Assembly (NCBI GenBank): GCA_007118805.1
Contig: SKQW01000231.1
Location: 1 to 51,182 of the forward strand
Reading direction: 5' to 3'
Length of the DNA: 51,182 nucleotides
From: Rhodobiaceae bacterium
GTDB taxonomy: Bacteria > Pseudomonadota > Alphaproteobacteria > Rhizobiales > Tepidamorphaceae
Shown here: positions 40,360 through 48,776 of the stretch, piece after piece
Position numbering within the stretch: position 1 is the first letter of the stretch
How the letters are laid out: each line of letters starts with the position of its first letter
Notes under the pieces: model-generated
The model's database searches: none
Told to the model about the DNA's origin: nothing
The model's input: the letters and a program-made list of their open reading frames with translations, nothing else
Program-made: the position numbers and the translations under genes

Positions 40360-41208
40360 TCAGGCGGCGCGCCCGGCCTGGGTCGCGAAGTCCTCCGGCC
40401 TCTTGCTGAGGACATTGTCCTTCATCCACGCCAGAAAGCTGTCGCGGTCGCGCGAAATCGCGTCCCAGGCTTTGTAATGGGCATTGTCGCGGCTGTAATA
40501 GCCATGGGCATAGGATGGGTGGGCGCCGCCCGGCACCAGAGCGATCGCGGTCACGGTCCAGAACGGCAGAAATGTCGCGTTAGGATGCACGTCGGTAAGG
40601 TCGTCGACCACCTCCTCAACGGTCACGATGGCGCGTTTTGCCGCCAGCACCGCCTCCTTCTGCACCCCCACGATACCCTCAATCAGCACATTGCCCTCGC
40701 GGTCGGCCCGCTGGGCATGGACGATCGCGACATCGGGTCGCAGGGCCGGCACCGCGCTGAGCACTTCTCCCGTGAACGGGCAGGTCACGCTGCGAATGTT
40801 CCCGTTCACCTTCGCCAGATCGCTGCCCAGATAACCGCGAAGGATCGCGCAGGGCAGCCCCGCCGCGCCGGCGTCATAGGCGTTCGCAAGAGCGGCATGG
40901 CTGTGTTCTTCCACGTCCAGCGGCGTGGGCCAGCGATTTTCGACCGCATCGCGGAACCGGTGAAGCGACCCCACGCCGGGATTGCCGCCCCACGAGAAGA
41001 CCAGCTTGTCCGCGCATCCCATTCCGATCATCTGGTCATAAATCAGATCCGGCGTCATGCGGATGAGCGTCAGTCTGCGGCGGCCCTGGCGAATGATCTC
41101 ATGCCCCGCGGCAAAAGGGATCAGATGGGTGAACCCCTCTAGGGCGAGGGTATCGCCATCGGCAACATTGGCTTCGATCGCGGACGCCAGGTCGGTGTGT
41201 CGTATCAT
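40360..41208 (-). CDS. pcaI: CoA-transferase subunit A (3-oxoadipate CoA-transferase PcaI-like by context)
   Basis: 282 aa. DGDTLALEGFTHLIPFAAGHEIIRQG, typical of A subunits in this family. Confidence 0.65.
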   Translation of the reverse strand: MIRHTDLASAIEANVADGDTLALEGFTHLIPFAAGHEIIRQGRRRLTLIRMTPDLIYDQMIGMGCADKLVFSWGGNPGVGSLHRFRDAVENRWPTPLDVEEHSHAALANAYDAGAAGLPCAILRGYLGSDLAKVNGNIRSVTCPFTGEVLSAVPALRPDVAIVHAQRADREGNVLIEGIVGVQKEAVLAAKRAIVTVEEVVDDLTDVHPNATFLPFWTVTAIALVPGGAHPSYAHGYYSRDNAHYKAWDAISRDRDSFLAWMKDNVLSKRPEDFATQAGRAA

Positions 41209-41377
41209 GCGTCAACCTTGTTCTTGCGGTGCCTAAGCATACCGTCCTCCGCACCGGGCGGAAACCCGATCCATGCGCCTTGTCGTCGCAAGGCGCGTCA
41301 CGGGCTCAGAGCCCATCCAGATTCTCAATCGAGTTCTCAGATCAATGCGATGGTTGAACGAGCTGAGGAATTTCTTT

Positions 41378-41402
41378 GGAACTAAATCGAAACTGGCTCG
41401 TT
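41378..41402 (+). promoter_or_regulatory. sigma-EcfG-type promoter motif GGAAC-N16-CGTT
   Basis: GGAAC at 41378-82 and CGTT at 41399-402. It is oriented toward the response-regulator gene, whose ATG is 198 nt downstream. Confidence 0.5.
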
Positions 41403-41599
41403 GGAACTCTGGCGCGGGGCGCTAATTTAATGCGAGGCGCATCCGGGGTAGTCGGAACTGGTAGCAAGTTTGAGCGCGGGAACGATCGGGGCGCGGCATC
41501 GCGTGCGCCTCCGGTCAGTTTCCTGCGCGGGTTAACTTGACGGTATCATTCGGCGTGATTTGATCCAAACATGACGGTTATTCTAATTCAGGACATTCA

Positions 41600-42076
41600 A
41601 TGAGTATTGCATCCGCAGAAGAGGGCCGGGCGGGCGCCAAGCGCAAAGCTGCGTCGCGGTCGCCTTCATCAGGCAATGGCGGGGCAACGGATCGCCGAGG
41701 CACGGAGCCGGACGGTCTAGCGGGCAAGCGTGTCTTGGTGGTTGAGGACGAGATGCTGTTGGCGCTCGACCTCGAGGAGGGCCTTCGGCGGGCCGGATCG
41801 GACGTGGTGGGACCTGCGGGCAGTCTGCGCCAGGCACTCGAGCTCGCAGAAACGGAGATGGTGGACGCCGCCATTCTCGACGTCAATTTGGGCGGCGAGG
41901 CTGTGTTCCCGCTCGCCCATCTGCTTGGCCAGCGTGGCATTCCCTACCTTTTCGCCACGGCGTATTCAGGCATGGATGAAATCTACCCGCCGGACGTGCG
42001 CTCGGTGCCGCGCTTGTCGAAGCCCTATACGATTCAGCAGGCGCTCGGCACGCTGCGGCAGATCGTCGGGGCCTGA
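41600..42076 (+). CDS. Single-domain response regulator (REC only) with a 42-aa basic/Gly-rich N-terminal extension
   Basis: VLVVEDE, ILDVNLGG (phospho-Asp), FATAY and LSKPY motifs. No output domain. Confidence 0.85.
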   Translation: MSIASAEEGRAGAKRKAASRSPSSGNGGATDRRGTEPDGLAGKRVLVVEDEMLLALDLEEGLRRAGSDVVGPAGSLRQALELAETEMVDAAILDVNLGGEAVFPLAHLLGQRGIPYLFATAYSGMDEIYPPDVRSVPRLSKPYTIQQALGTLRQIVGA

Positions 42077-42114
42077 CGACGGCCCCTGTCGACGTCCGCT
42101 GTGAGTGGCTGCGA

Positions 42115-44142
42115 TCAATCCCCCGCCTGCTCGTGCAGTGGAAGGTTCATCGTGTAGCGCAGCCCGTCCTTGCGCCACTCGATTCCTGTCGAGCCGCCAT
42201 GCTGATGCTGTACCGCGCGTGTCAGGAAGGTCATGCCGAAACCGTTCCTTTCCGGCTCGCTTATGGGCGGACCGCCGATCTCCGTCCATTCGAAGTTCAG
42301 CCAGCGCTGCCGATTCCCGTCAACACGGTTGGTCTCGACGCTCGCCCGGATCTTGGCTAGACCGGTACCGTTCAACAGTGCGCCATGTTTCGTGGCGTTG
42401 GTGGCCAGTTCGTTTAGGATCAGGGCCAGCGTCTGGGTTTCCGATGATCCGAGCAGCGTGTCCGGCACCTCGATATCGACACGATCAAGCACTTCCTGAC
42501 CGAAAGTAGCCAATGTCCCCGAAACCACGTCGGAGACGCGTGCGCCGGCCCAATCGGTTTTGAAGAGCTGATCGTGCGCCATGGCCAGTGCGCGAAGCCG
42601 GCCGTGATAGAGCGCTAGGAACTCGTCAAGGTTGCGCGAATACCGCCCCGTCTGGTCGGCAAGGCTGCGGGCGACTTGAAGCGTGTTCTTGACCCGATGG
42701 GCAAGCTCGCGCACCAGCAGGTGTCGGGCTTCCTCGGCCTGCTTGCGTTCGGCAATGTCCTGGATGACCGCCACCGTCCACACCGGACGGCCGGAGCTGT
42801 CGCGCAGGACGGTGGCGCTGACCTCGCACCACAACTCGTTGCCATCGCTCCTCAGAAATCGCTTTTCGGCGAAATACGTGTCCGCCTTGCCCGCCAATAG
42901 ATCCTGATAGTGTGGTTCATCCGAGATCCGATCCTCGGGATGCAGCACATCGTCCAGCTTAAGCCGAAGCAGCGCCTCCTGTTCCTGACCGAGCATCTCG
43001 CACAGCCGCCGATTGACCCTACGGAAGTGCTGCGATTGCGGAACGATCTCGCACTTGCCGGTGCCGCCCTCCTCGAACAAGGCGCGGAACTCGGCGGTGC
43101 TGCGCTGAAAGGCTGCGGTCTGCCGGGCGACCTCGCGTCGCAGGTCATTGGCGATGAGGCGCTGCTGGCTGCGGTCGGCCAGCACGGCGGTCAGTCCGGT
43201 GAGCGCAAAGCCGATCAGCGCCACAATGAGCGCACGAAGCAGGGCGTGGCCTTCGGGAGGCGCCAGGAAGACCCGCCATGTGCGGCCACCGAAACGGATA
43301 TCCTGAAAGGGCCATTCGGCAAAGTCCGGTTCTTCGGCATCCGGATTGCGCACGATGAGGGGCGCTGAATCGATATCCAGGTCCTGGATGACGACGTTCC
43401 GGGTAATCAGGGGCGCGGGAGAGGCCGCTGCAATCAGGAGGTCGAGTCGGAATATCCCGGTCACAAAGCCTTCAATTTGGCTTGCGTCATCGCCACGCGC
43501 CGTTCGTGTGACCGGCTCGACGATCAGGAAGCCGGGATGTCCGGTTTGCAGCCTTCGCGGACGGCTGGCTTGGGTGCGCCCCGCGTCGAGGGTGCGCGCC
43601 ATAACGTGGCGATATCCCTCCGCGACGGCTAGATCGAGGCCAAGCTCGTCGGTGTGCTCGCCATTGCCCGCCGTGAACCGGATCGGAAAATAGACCGACC
43701 GGTGGCCGGCCGGCACCAGTGTGCCGTCCTCGGCGCGGTCGCGGATGGAGAATCCGACGCTGCCCTGCTGGCGGGCGGTCCGCTCGAAAATAGCCCGGTC
43801 GTTGCCCTCGACCCGGGGCAGCCAGTACAGTAACTCTAGGGCCGGCTCAGGCCCGAGCGAGTCCACGAAATCCTCGAATTCATTCAGCCGAAGCTCGCTG
43901 TCGCGCACGCGCGCCGCCACGGCCCGCAGATACGAGCGTGCGATGCGAGCGCGCTGGGCGAGCGATTCAGCGAAGACAGCGGCTTGCGAAAACCCCGCTT
44001 CCTCCTCGCCTCTAGCCGTCTGATAGTAGACATAGGCGCTCACGAGCAAAGTCGTCGCGACGCCGGCCGATGCAAGAATCGTCGCCAGACGCGACAACGG
44101 AATCAAGGTCCACCGTTCAGACACTCGTCGCCACCGCCACAC
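42115..44142 (-). CDS. Sensor histidine kinase: CHASE periplasmic domain, TM, PAS, HWE/HisKA_2-type kinase
   Basis: H-box LVRELAHRVKNTLQVARSLADQT (HWE/HisKA_2). CHASE-like region YWLPRVEGNDRAIFE...YFPIRFTAG. The GTG start at 44142 is uncertain; alternatives are 44124 and 44109. Confidence 0.82.
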   Translation of the reverse strand: MWRWRRVSERWTLIPLSRLATILASAGVATTLLVSAYVYYQTARGEEEAGFSQAAVFAESLAQRARIARSYLRAVAARVRDSELRLNEFEDFVDSLGPEPALELLYWLPRVEGNDRAIFERTARQQGSVGFSIRDRAEDGTLVPAGHRSVYFPIRFTAGNGEHTDELGLDLAVAEGYRHVMARTLDAGRTQASRPRRLQTGHPGFLIVEPVTRTARGDDASQIEGFVTGIFRLDLLIAAASPAPLITRNVVIQDLDIDSAPLIVRNPDAEEPDFAEWPFQDIRFGGRTWRVFLAPPEGHALLRALIVALIGFALTGLTAVLADRSQQRLIANDLRREVARQTAAFQRSTAEFRALFEEGGTGKCEIVPQSQHFRRVNRRLCEMLGQEQEALLRLKLDDVLHPEDRISDEPHYQDLLAGKADTYFAEKRFLRSDGNELWCEVSATVLRDSSGRPVWTVAVIQDIAERKQAEEARHLLVRELAHRVKNTLQVARSLADQTGRYSRNLDEFLALYHGRLRALAMAHDQLFKTDWAGARVSDVVSGTLATFGQEVLDRVDIEVPDTLLGSSETQTLALILNELATNATKHGALLNGTGLAKIRASVETNRVDGNRQRWLNFEWTEIGGPPISEPERNGFGMTFLTRAVQHQHGGSTGIEWRKDGLRYTMNLPLHEQAGD

Positions 44143-44249
44143 CCTTGATCCGAACCGCCAGCCAACAGGCTATCTCGGGCGGCCCCATCAACTGGGCCTA
44201 CCCGAGTTGAACCTGCATGCGTTCCAATCGACCCCTGAGGATCCGGCCG

Positions 44250-44447
44250 TCAGAGCCGGCCCGCCCAATCCTTGACCTGGCGCTCGGCCTCCTCTTTGGT
44301 CACGCCATAGCTCTCCTGGATCTTGCCGACCAGCTCGTCGCGCCTGCCTTCGACCCTTGCAAGGTCGTCATCGGTGAGACGCCCCCACTGTTCCTTCACC
44401 TTGCCGCTGAATTGTGTCCAGTTGCCCTTGATCTGATCCCAGTTCAT
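44250..44447 (-). CDS. CsbD family stress-response protein
   Basis: 65 aa: MNWDQIKGNWTQFSGKVKEQWGRLTDDDL... Confidence 0.9.
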   Translation of the reverse strand: MNWDQIKGNWTQFSGKVKEQWGRLTDDDLARVEGRRDELVGKIQESYGVTKEEAERQVKDWAGRL

Positions 44448-44494
44448 CGCCGATCTCCGTTACGCGCATCGTCAGTTCGCTTCCGTATCGAGAG

Positions 44495-44520
44495 AACGCC
44501 GGGGGCACCGTCGAGGTTCC
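44495..44520 (-). promoter_or_regulatory. sigma-EcfG-type promoter motif GGAAC-N17-CGTT (minus strand)
   Basis: The plus strand reads AACG (44495-98), N17, GTTCC (44516-20). It lies about 47 nt upstream of the csbD ATG. CsbD genes are classic general stress regulon members. Confidence 0.7.
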
Positions 44521-44522
44521 GG

Positions 44523-44711
44523 TCAGGCCCTGACCGCGCGCGGTCCGGCAATTAGCCAAACGATGAATCCGATCAGGGGTAGGAACAGCAGAAGGAGGAC
44601 CCAAAGCACCTTCGCGCCGGTCGAGGAGCGGCTCTGGACAACATGGATGATCGCCCAGATCACTAGCCCGAGGAGTATGAGGCCGAACAGGCCGGTGACT
44701 TCCATTCCCAT
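44523..44711 (-). CDS. PLDc_N (cardiolipin-synthase N-terminal-like) small membrane protein
   Basis: Two TM helices (LFGLILLGLVIWAIIHV, KVLWVLLLLFLPLIGFIVWLI). ATG 44711 sits 6 nt after AGGAG. The track start is TTG 44717. Confidence 0.72.
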   Translation of the reverse strand: MGMEVTGLFGLILLGLVIWAIIHVVQSRSSTGAKVLWVLLLLFLPLIGFIVWLIAGPRAVRA

Positions 44712-44741
44712 GATCAACTCCTTTTTGTCGAGAAGGCTCGG

Positions 44742-45701
44742 TCAATCCGTTGCGTTCAGGGGATACAGGCATGCCGCCGAATGGTATGGGCCCATCGGCG
44801 CAAGCGGTGGACGACGCGCTCGGCAATCCGCTCGCGCATGCGGGCACCGCTCGGCGAAGGCGCACCCTGGCGGCGGGGCGAGCGGATCGGGCAGTTCCGC
44901 GGGTTGTTCTCCAGCGTCAATCCGTTTGCCTGTGATCGCAGGTGCACTGTCGAGCAGCAGCCGAGTATAGGGGTGATGTGGATGGGCGAACAGGCGATCT
45001 GCCGGTGCCTCCTCGACGATCCGGCCGAAATACATCACCGCAACGCGGTCTGCCACCGCCTCGACCACCGCAAGATCGTGACTGATGAACAGATAGGTCA
45101 GGCCGAACCGCGCCTTGAGGTCGGCCAGCAAATTGAGGATCTGGGCCTGGACTGACACATCGAGCGCCGAGACCGGCTCGTCGAGGACGATGATGCGGGC
45201 CTCGGCGGCAAGCGCGCGGGCAATCCCGATCCGCTGGGCCTGTCCCCCGGAGAATTCGTGTGGGTAGCGCTCGAGGAAATCCGGGCGCAGGCCGACCGCG
45301 TCCATCAAATAGTTTATCCTCGCCGCACGCGCGTCCCGGCCGAGGCGTTTCAGGTGGATCAGCGGCGCCTCGAGAATCCGGCGAACGGTATGGCGCGGAT
45401 TGAGCGAGCTGACCGGATCCTGAAAAACGTATTGCGCGGTGGCGCCGAGGAGATGCCGATCGAAGGGCTTGCCTGCGATCCGGATCGTGCCCCGGGTGGG
45501 CGTCGACAGACCCACCAGCATGCGCGCCAGCGTCGACTTGCCGCAGCCCGATTCCCCGACGACGCCGAAGGTCTCGCCTTCGTTGAGGGTGAGGCTGACA
45601 TCCTGAACGGCGTGTATGACGGGCTTCGGGGCTCCGAGAAGCGAGCGGCCGCCGCCGAACGCCTTGGTCAGTTCTTCAGCCTCGAGAACGGCGGTCGTCA
45701 T
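44742..45701 (-). CDS. Peptide/opine/nickel-type ABC transporter ATP-binding protein (DppF/OppF-like)
   Basis: 319 aa. GESGCGKST Walker A, FSGGQAQRIGIARAL signature, C-terminal oligopeptide-transporter extension. Confidence 0.88.
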   Translation of the reverse strand: MTTAVLEAEELTKAFGGGRSLLGAPKPVIHAVQDVSLTLNEGETFGVVGESGCGKSTLARMLVGLSTPTRGTIRIAGKPFDRHLLGATAQYVFQDPVSSLNPRHTVRRILEAPLIHLKRLGRDARAARINYLMDAVGLRPDFLERYPHEFSGGQAQRIGIARALAAEARIIVLDEPVSALDVSVQAQILNLLADLKARFGLTYLFISHDLAVVEAVADRVAVMYFGRIVEEAPADRLFAHPHHPYTRLLLDSAPAITGKRIDAGEQPAELPDPLAPPPGCAFAERCPHARADCRARRPPLAPMGPYHSAACLYPLNATD

Positions 45702-47623
45702 GACGTGCCCGCCAGCGGCCGGACGCAGCGGGCCTGCCGCCCGGCCGCAATCTCATGCATGGCGATCGGCCCGGCCCGGCACGCCGCGTCGGCCAGCTCG
45801 CAGCGCTCGGCGAAGGCGCAGCCCCTGGGCAGCCGGTTCGCCGCCGGCGGCAGGCCGGAAATGGCGTCGAACCGCCGCCGGCCGGAGCCGAGGACCGGCA
45901 CGCAGTCGATCAGCTTGCGGGTGTAGGGGTGCGCGGGGTCCTCCAGCACCTGCCGCGTCGGTCCGGTCTCGACAATGCGTCCGGCATACATCACGGCGAC
46001 GCGGTCGCAGATCTGGGTGACAACCCCGAAATCGTGGGTAATGAAGAGGACGGCGGTATCTCTGTCTCGGCGCAGTTCGTCCATCAGATCGAGCACCTGG
46101 GCCTGCACCGTGACGTCGAGTGCGGTGGTCGGCTCGTCGGCGACGATGATTTCGGGAGCGTTCGCCAGTGCCATGGCGATGCCGACGCGCTGTCGCATCC
46201 CGCCGGACAGCTCGTGCGGGTAGGCGCGAGCCCTGCCGCGAGGATTGGGAATGCGCACGAGGTCCAGCAGCCGGACCGCTTCCGCCCAGGCCGCGGCGCG
46301 CGACATGTGCCGATGGGCGCGGATCGCCTCGACGAGCTGATCACCCACGGTGAACTGGGGGTGCAGCGTGGACAGAGGATCCTGAAAAATATAGGCGACA
46401 TCCCGCCCCCGCACCTTGCGCAGCTCGCGCGCGCTCTTCGACAAGAGGTCGCTCCCGTGAAGGAGCACCCGGCCGCCGGCGATCACCCCCGGCGGCGAGG
46501 CAACGAGCGCGGCCAGCGAAAGCGCCGTAACCGACTTTCCCGATCCCGATTCGCCGATCACGCCGAGGCATTCTCCGCGCCCGAGCGACAGGGACACCTC
46601 GTTCACCGCGTGATGGGTGTCCGAGCCGAGACGGAACTGGGTGGTCAGGTGATCGACCGAGAGCGGCGCGTCCACCGGGGCGACATCGGTTCCCATGTCC
46701 GTCCGGTCGATCGCGGTCATCGGCGCCGGCCGGGCCAGCGCGCCAGCGCGTAGCCGCGGATCGAGCGCATCGCGCACGCCGTCACCTAAGAGATTGATGC
46801 TCATGACGATCAAGAAGATTACCAGGCCGGGCAGATACGATACGTGCGGGGCGTTCATGAGCAAACGCCGGCCCTCCCCGAGCATGGAGCCGAGATCGGC
46901 CTGCGGCGGTTGCGAGCCGAGCCCGAGAAAGCTTAGACCGGCCGTCTCCAGGATCATCCAGCCCACCGTCGTCGACATGGTGATGACGATCACGGGGAGC
47001 ACGTTGGGCAGCACGTCGGCGGCGAGTATCCGCAGCCGCCCCTTGCCGGACAGGCGCGCCGCATCGATGAACTCGCGATGCACGATGCCCACCGTCGCGC
47101 CGCGTATGTTGCGGGCAAAAAACGGAATGTTGACGATTGCCACGGCGATCAGCGCGTTGAACAGGCCTGGACCGAGCACCGCGACAATGGCCAGCGCCAG
47201 CAGGATGTAGGGAAACGCCATCAGCATATCGATGCCGCGCATCATGGTGTTGTCGGTCCGGCCGCCGGTATAGCCGGCGAGAATGCCGATCACCGAGCCG
47301 ATCAGCGCGGCGATGAAGGTGGCCGAGATGCCTACGGCAAGGCTCAGCCTGGTGCCCCACATCAGTCGCGCGAGGATGTCGCGGCCGAGATGGTCGGTGC
47401 CCAGCAGATGCCCGTCGCTGAAGGGCGGTAGCAGACGGTTGGCAGGTGCTGTGGCATTCGGCGGATGAAGCGGCAGAAGCGGCGTGACAAGCGCCAGAAG
47501 GATGATGCTCGCCAGGACGACCAGGCCGGCGGCAGCGAGGCGGTTGCGCAGGATGAGCCGCCAGGCGCTGCGCGCCGGCGGCGGTGCCTCGGCGGGGGGT
47601 GCGATGCCGGCGGCCGAGGTCAC
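45698..47623 (-). CDS. Fused ABC permease (DppC-like) and ATP-binding (DppD-like) protein
   Basis: One continuous 641-aa frame from GTG 47623 (GTGA overlap with the upstream permease). The N-terminal half is a six-TM permease. The C-terminal half has GESGSGKSV and LSGGMRQRVGIAMAL. Confidence 0.85.
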   Translation of the reverse strand: MTSAAGIAPPAEAPPPARSAWRLILRNRLAAAGLVVLASIILLALVTPLLPLHPPNATAPANRLLPPFSDGHLLGTDHLGRDILARLMWGTRLSLAVGISATFIAALIGSVIGILAGYTGGRTDNTMMRGIDMLMAFPYILLALAIVAVLGPGLFNALIAVAIVNIPFFARNIRGATVGIVHREFIDAARLSGKGRLRILAADVLPNVLPVIVITMSTTVGWMILETAGLSFLGLGSQPPQADLGSMLGEGRRLLMNAPHVSYLPGLVIFLIVMSINLLGDGVRDALDPRLRAGALARPAPMTAIDRTDMGTDVAPVDAPLSVDHLTTQFRLGSDTHHAVNEVSLSLGRGECLGVIGESGSGKSVTALSLAALVASPPGVIAGGRVLLHGSDLLSKSARELRKVRGRDVAYIFQDPLSTLHPQFTVGDQLVEAIRAHRHMSRAAAWAEAVRLLDLVRIPNPRGRARAYPHELSGGMRQRVGIAMALANAPEIIVADEPTTALDVTVQAQVLDLMDELRRDRDTAVLFITHDFGVVTQICDRVAVMYAGRIVETGPTRQVLEDPAHPYTRKLIDCVPVLGSGRRRFDAISGLPPAANRLPRGCAFAERCELADAACRAGPIAMHEIAAGRQARCVRPLAGTS

Positions 47624-48567
47624 GCCTGGACCCTGGGATCGAGCAGGTGCTGCACCACGTCGGCGCACAGGTTGAACAGCACATAGCTCGCCGCCACGAC
47701 GAGCACCCCGCCCTGCACCAGCAGGATGTCGCGGGTGGAAATGGCGTTGACCAGCATCCGCCCGATGCCGGGCCATTGAAACACGGTTTCAATATAGACC
47801 GCGCCGCTCAGCACGAAGCCGGCCTGCACGCCGATGACTGGCACCACCGAAACCATCGCCGCCTTAAGGGCGTGGCGGTAGACCACGCCACGTTCGCCGA
47901 CACCCTTGGCCCTGGCAGTGCGGATGAAATCCTGCCGCAGCACCTCAAGCATGGCCGAGCGCGTCAATCGGGCGATGACGCCGGCCGCCACGGCCGACAG
48001 CGTGACGGCCGGCAAAACGAGATGGCGCAGCAGGTCGGGAAGGTCGCCGCCTCCATAAACCGAATACATGCCGCTGGCCGGCAGCCAGCGCAGCTCGACC
48101 GCAAAGAGCAGTATGAGAAGGAGACCGAGCCAGAAGGAGGGGATGGAGATGCCGACAAGAACGATGAAGGTGACGATACGGTCGGCCCAGCCATACTGCC
48201 TGACCGCGGCGACGATGCCGGCGAGCACGCCCCACAGGGTGCACAGCACCAGCGCCGCGCCGGCCAGCACCAGCGTGGCTTGGAACCGCTCCAAGACCTC
48301 GTCGATCACCGGCCGGTTGAGACTGTAGGAACGGCCGAAATCGCCGGTGAGGATGTTCCCGAGCCAGGTCAGATACTGGAGCGGCAACGGCTGATCGAGG
48401 CCGAGCTGACGGTTGAGGCGCGCGACGTTTTCCGGCGTCGCATAGGCGCCGAGGATAGCGAGGGCCGGATCGCCGGGGATCAACGCCATTATGGCGAAGA
48501 CGATGATGGAGAGGCCGAGAAGGACGGGGATCAGGGCGACAAGCCGCTTGAAGACATAGGCGGTCAT
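47620..48567 (-). CDS. ABC transporter permease (DppB-like)
   Basis: 315 aa: MTAYVFKRLVALIPVLLGLSIIVF..., typical DppB/OppB N-terminus. Confidence 0.88.
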   Translation of the reverse strand: MTAYVFKRLVALIPVLLGLSIIVFAIMALIPGDPALAILGAYATPENVARLNRQLGLDQPLPLQYLTWLGNILTGDFGRSYSLNRPVIDEVLERFQATLVLAGAALVLCTLWGVLAGIVAAVRQYGWADRIVTFIVLVGISIPSFWLGLLLILLFAVELRWLPASGMYSVYGGGDLPDLLRHLVLPAVTLSAVAAGVIARLTRSAMLEVLRQDFIRTARAKGVGERGVVYRHALKAAMVSVVPVIGVQAGFVLSGAVYIETVFQWPGIGRMLVNAISTRDILLVQGGVLVVAASYVLFNLCADVVQHLLDPRVQA

Positions 48568-48776
48568 GGCGGCGCCTGGCCCGCATGCGTCGAGCTGTTC
48601 TGGCGTACGTCCTTTCCGGTCCCTGTCACCTGCCGCCGCCCATTGGTGATCCCTGGTCGTGCCCCGGTCAGTTGCGCTCTCCGGCAGCGCAACGGACCGG
48701 TATGGCTTGCCGGGGCCTGCCCGGCCATAGCCCGAGTAGCTTCGGGCGCGAGGATTTCGTCACGCGCGGCGCCCGC

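Noticed and set aside
41321-41331. The 11-mer ATTCTCAATCG is shared by the pcaI upstream region (41321-31) and the ABC operon upstream region (50419-29). A related TCAATCG lies at 29921-27.
   Set aside because: By a rough count, an 11-mer repeat among about 3 kb of intergenic DNA is expected about once by chance. The flanks do not align and no inverted or direct repeat structure supports a binding site.
41428-41541. 37-codon ORF (MRGASGVVGTGSKFERGNDRG...) in the response-regulator upstream region, considered as a NepR-like anti-sigma factor
   Set aside because: It has no RBS, a low-complexity Gly/Arg/Ser composition, and no resemblance to the NepR helix motif.
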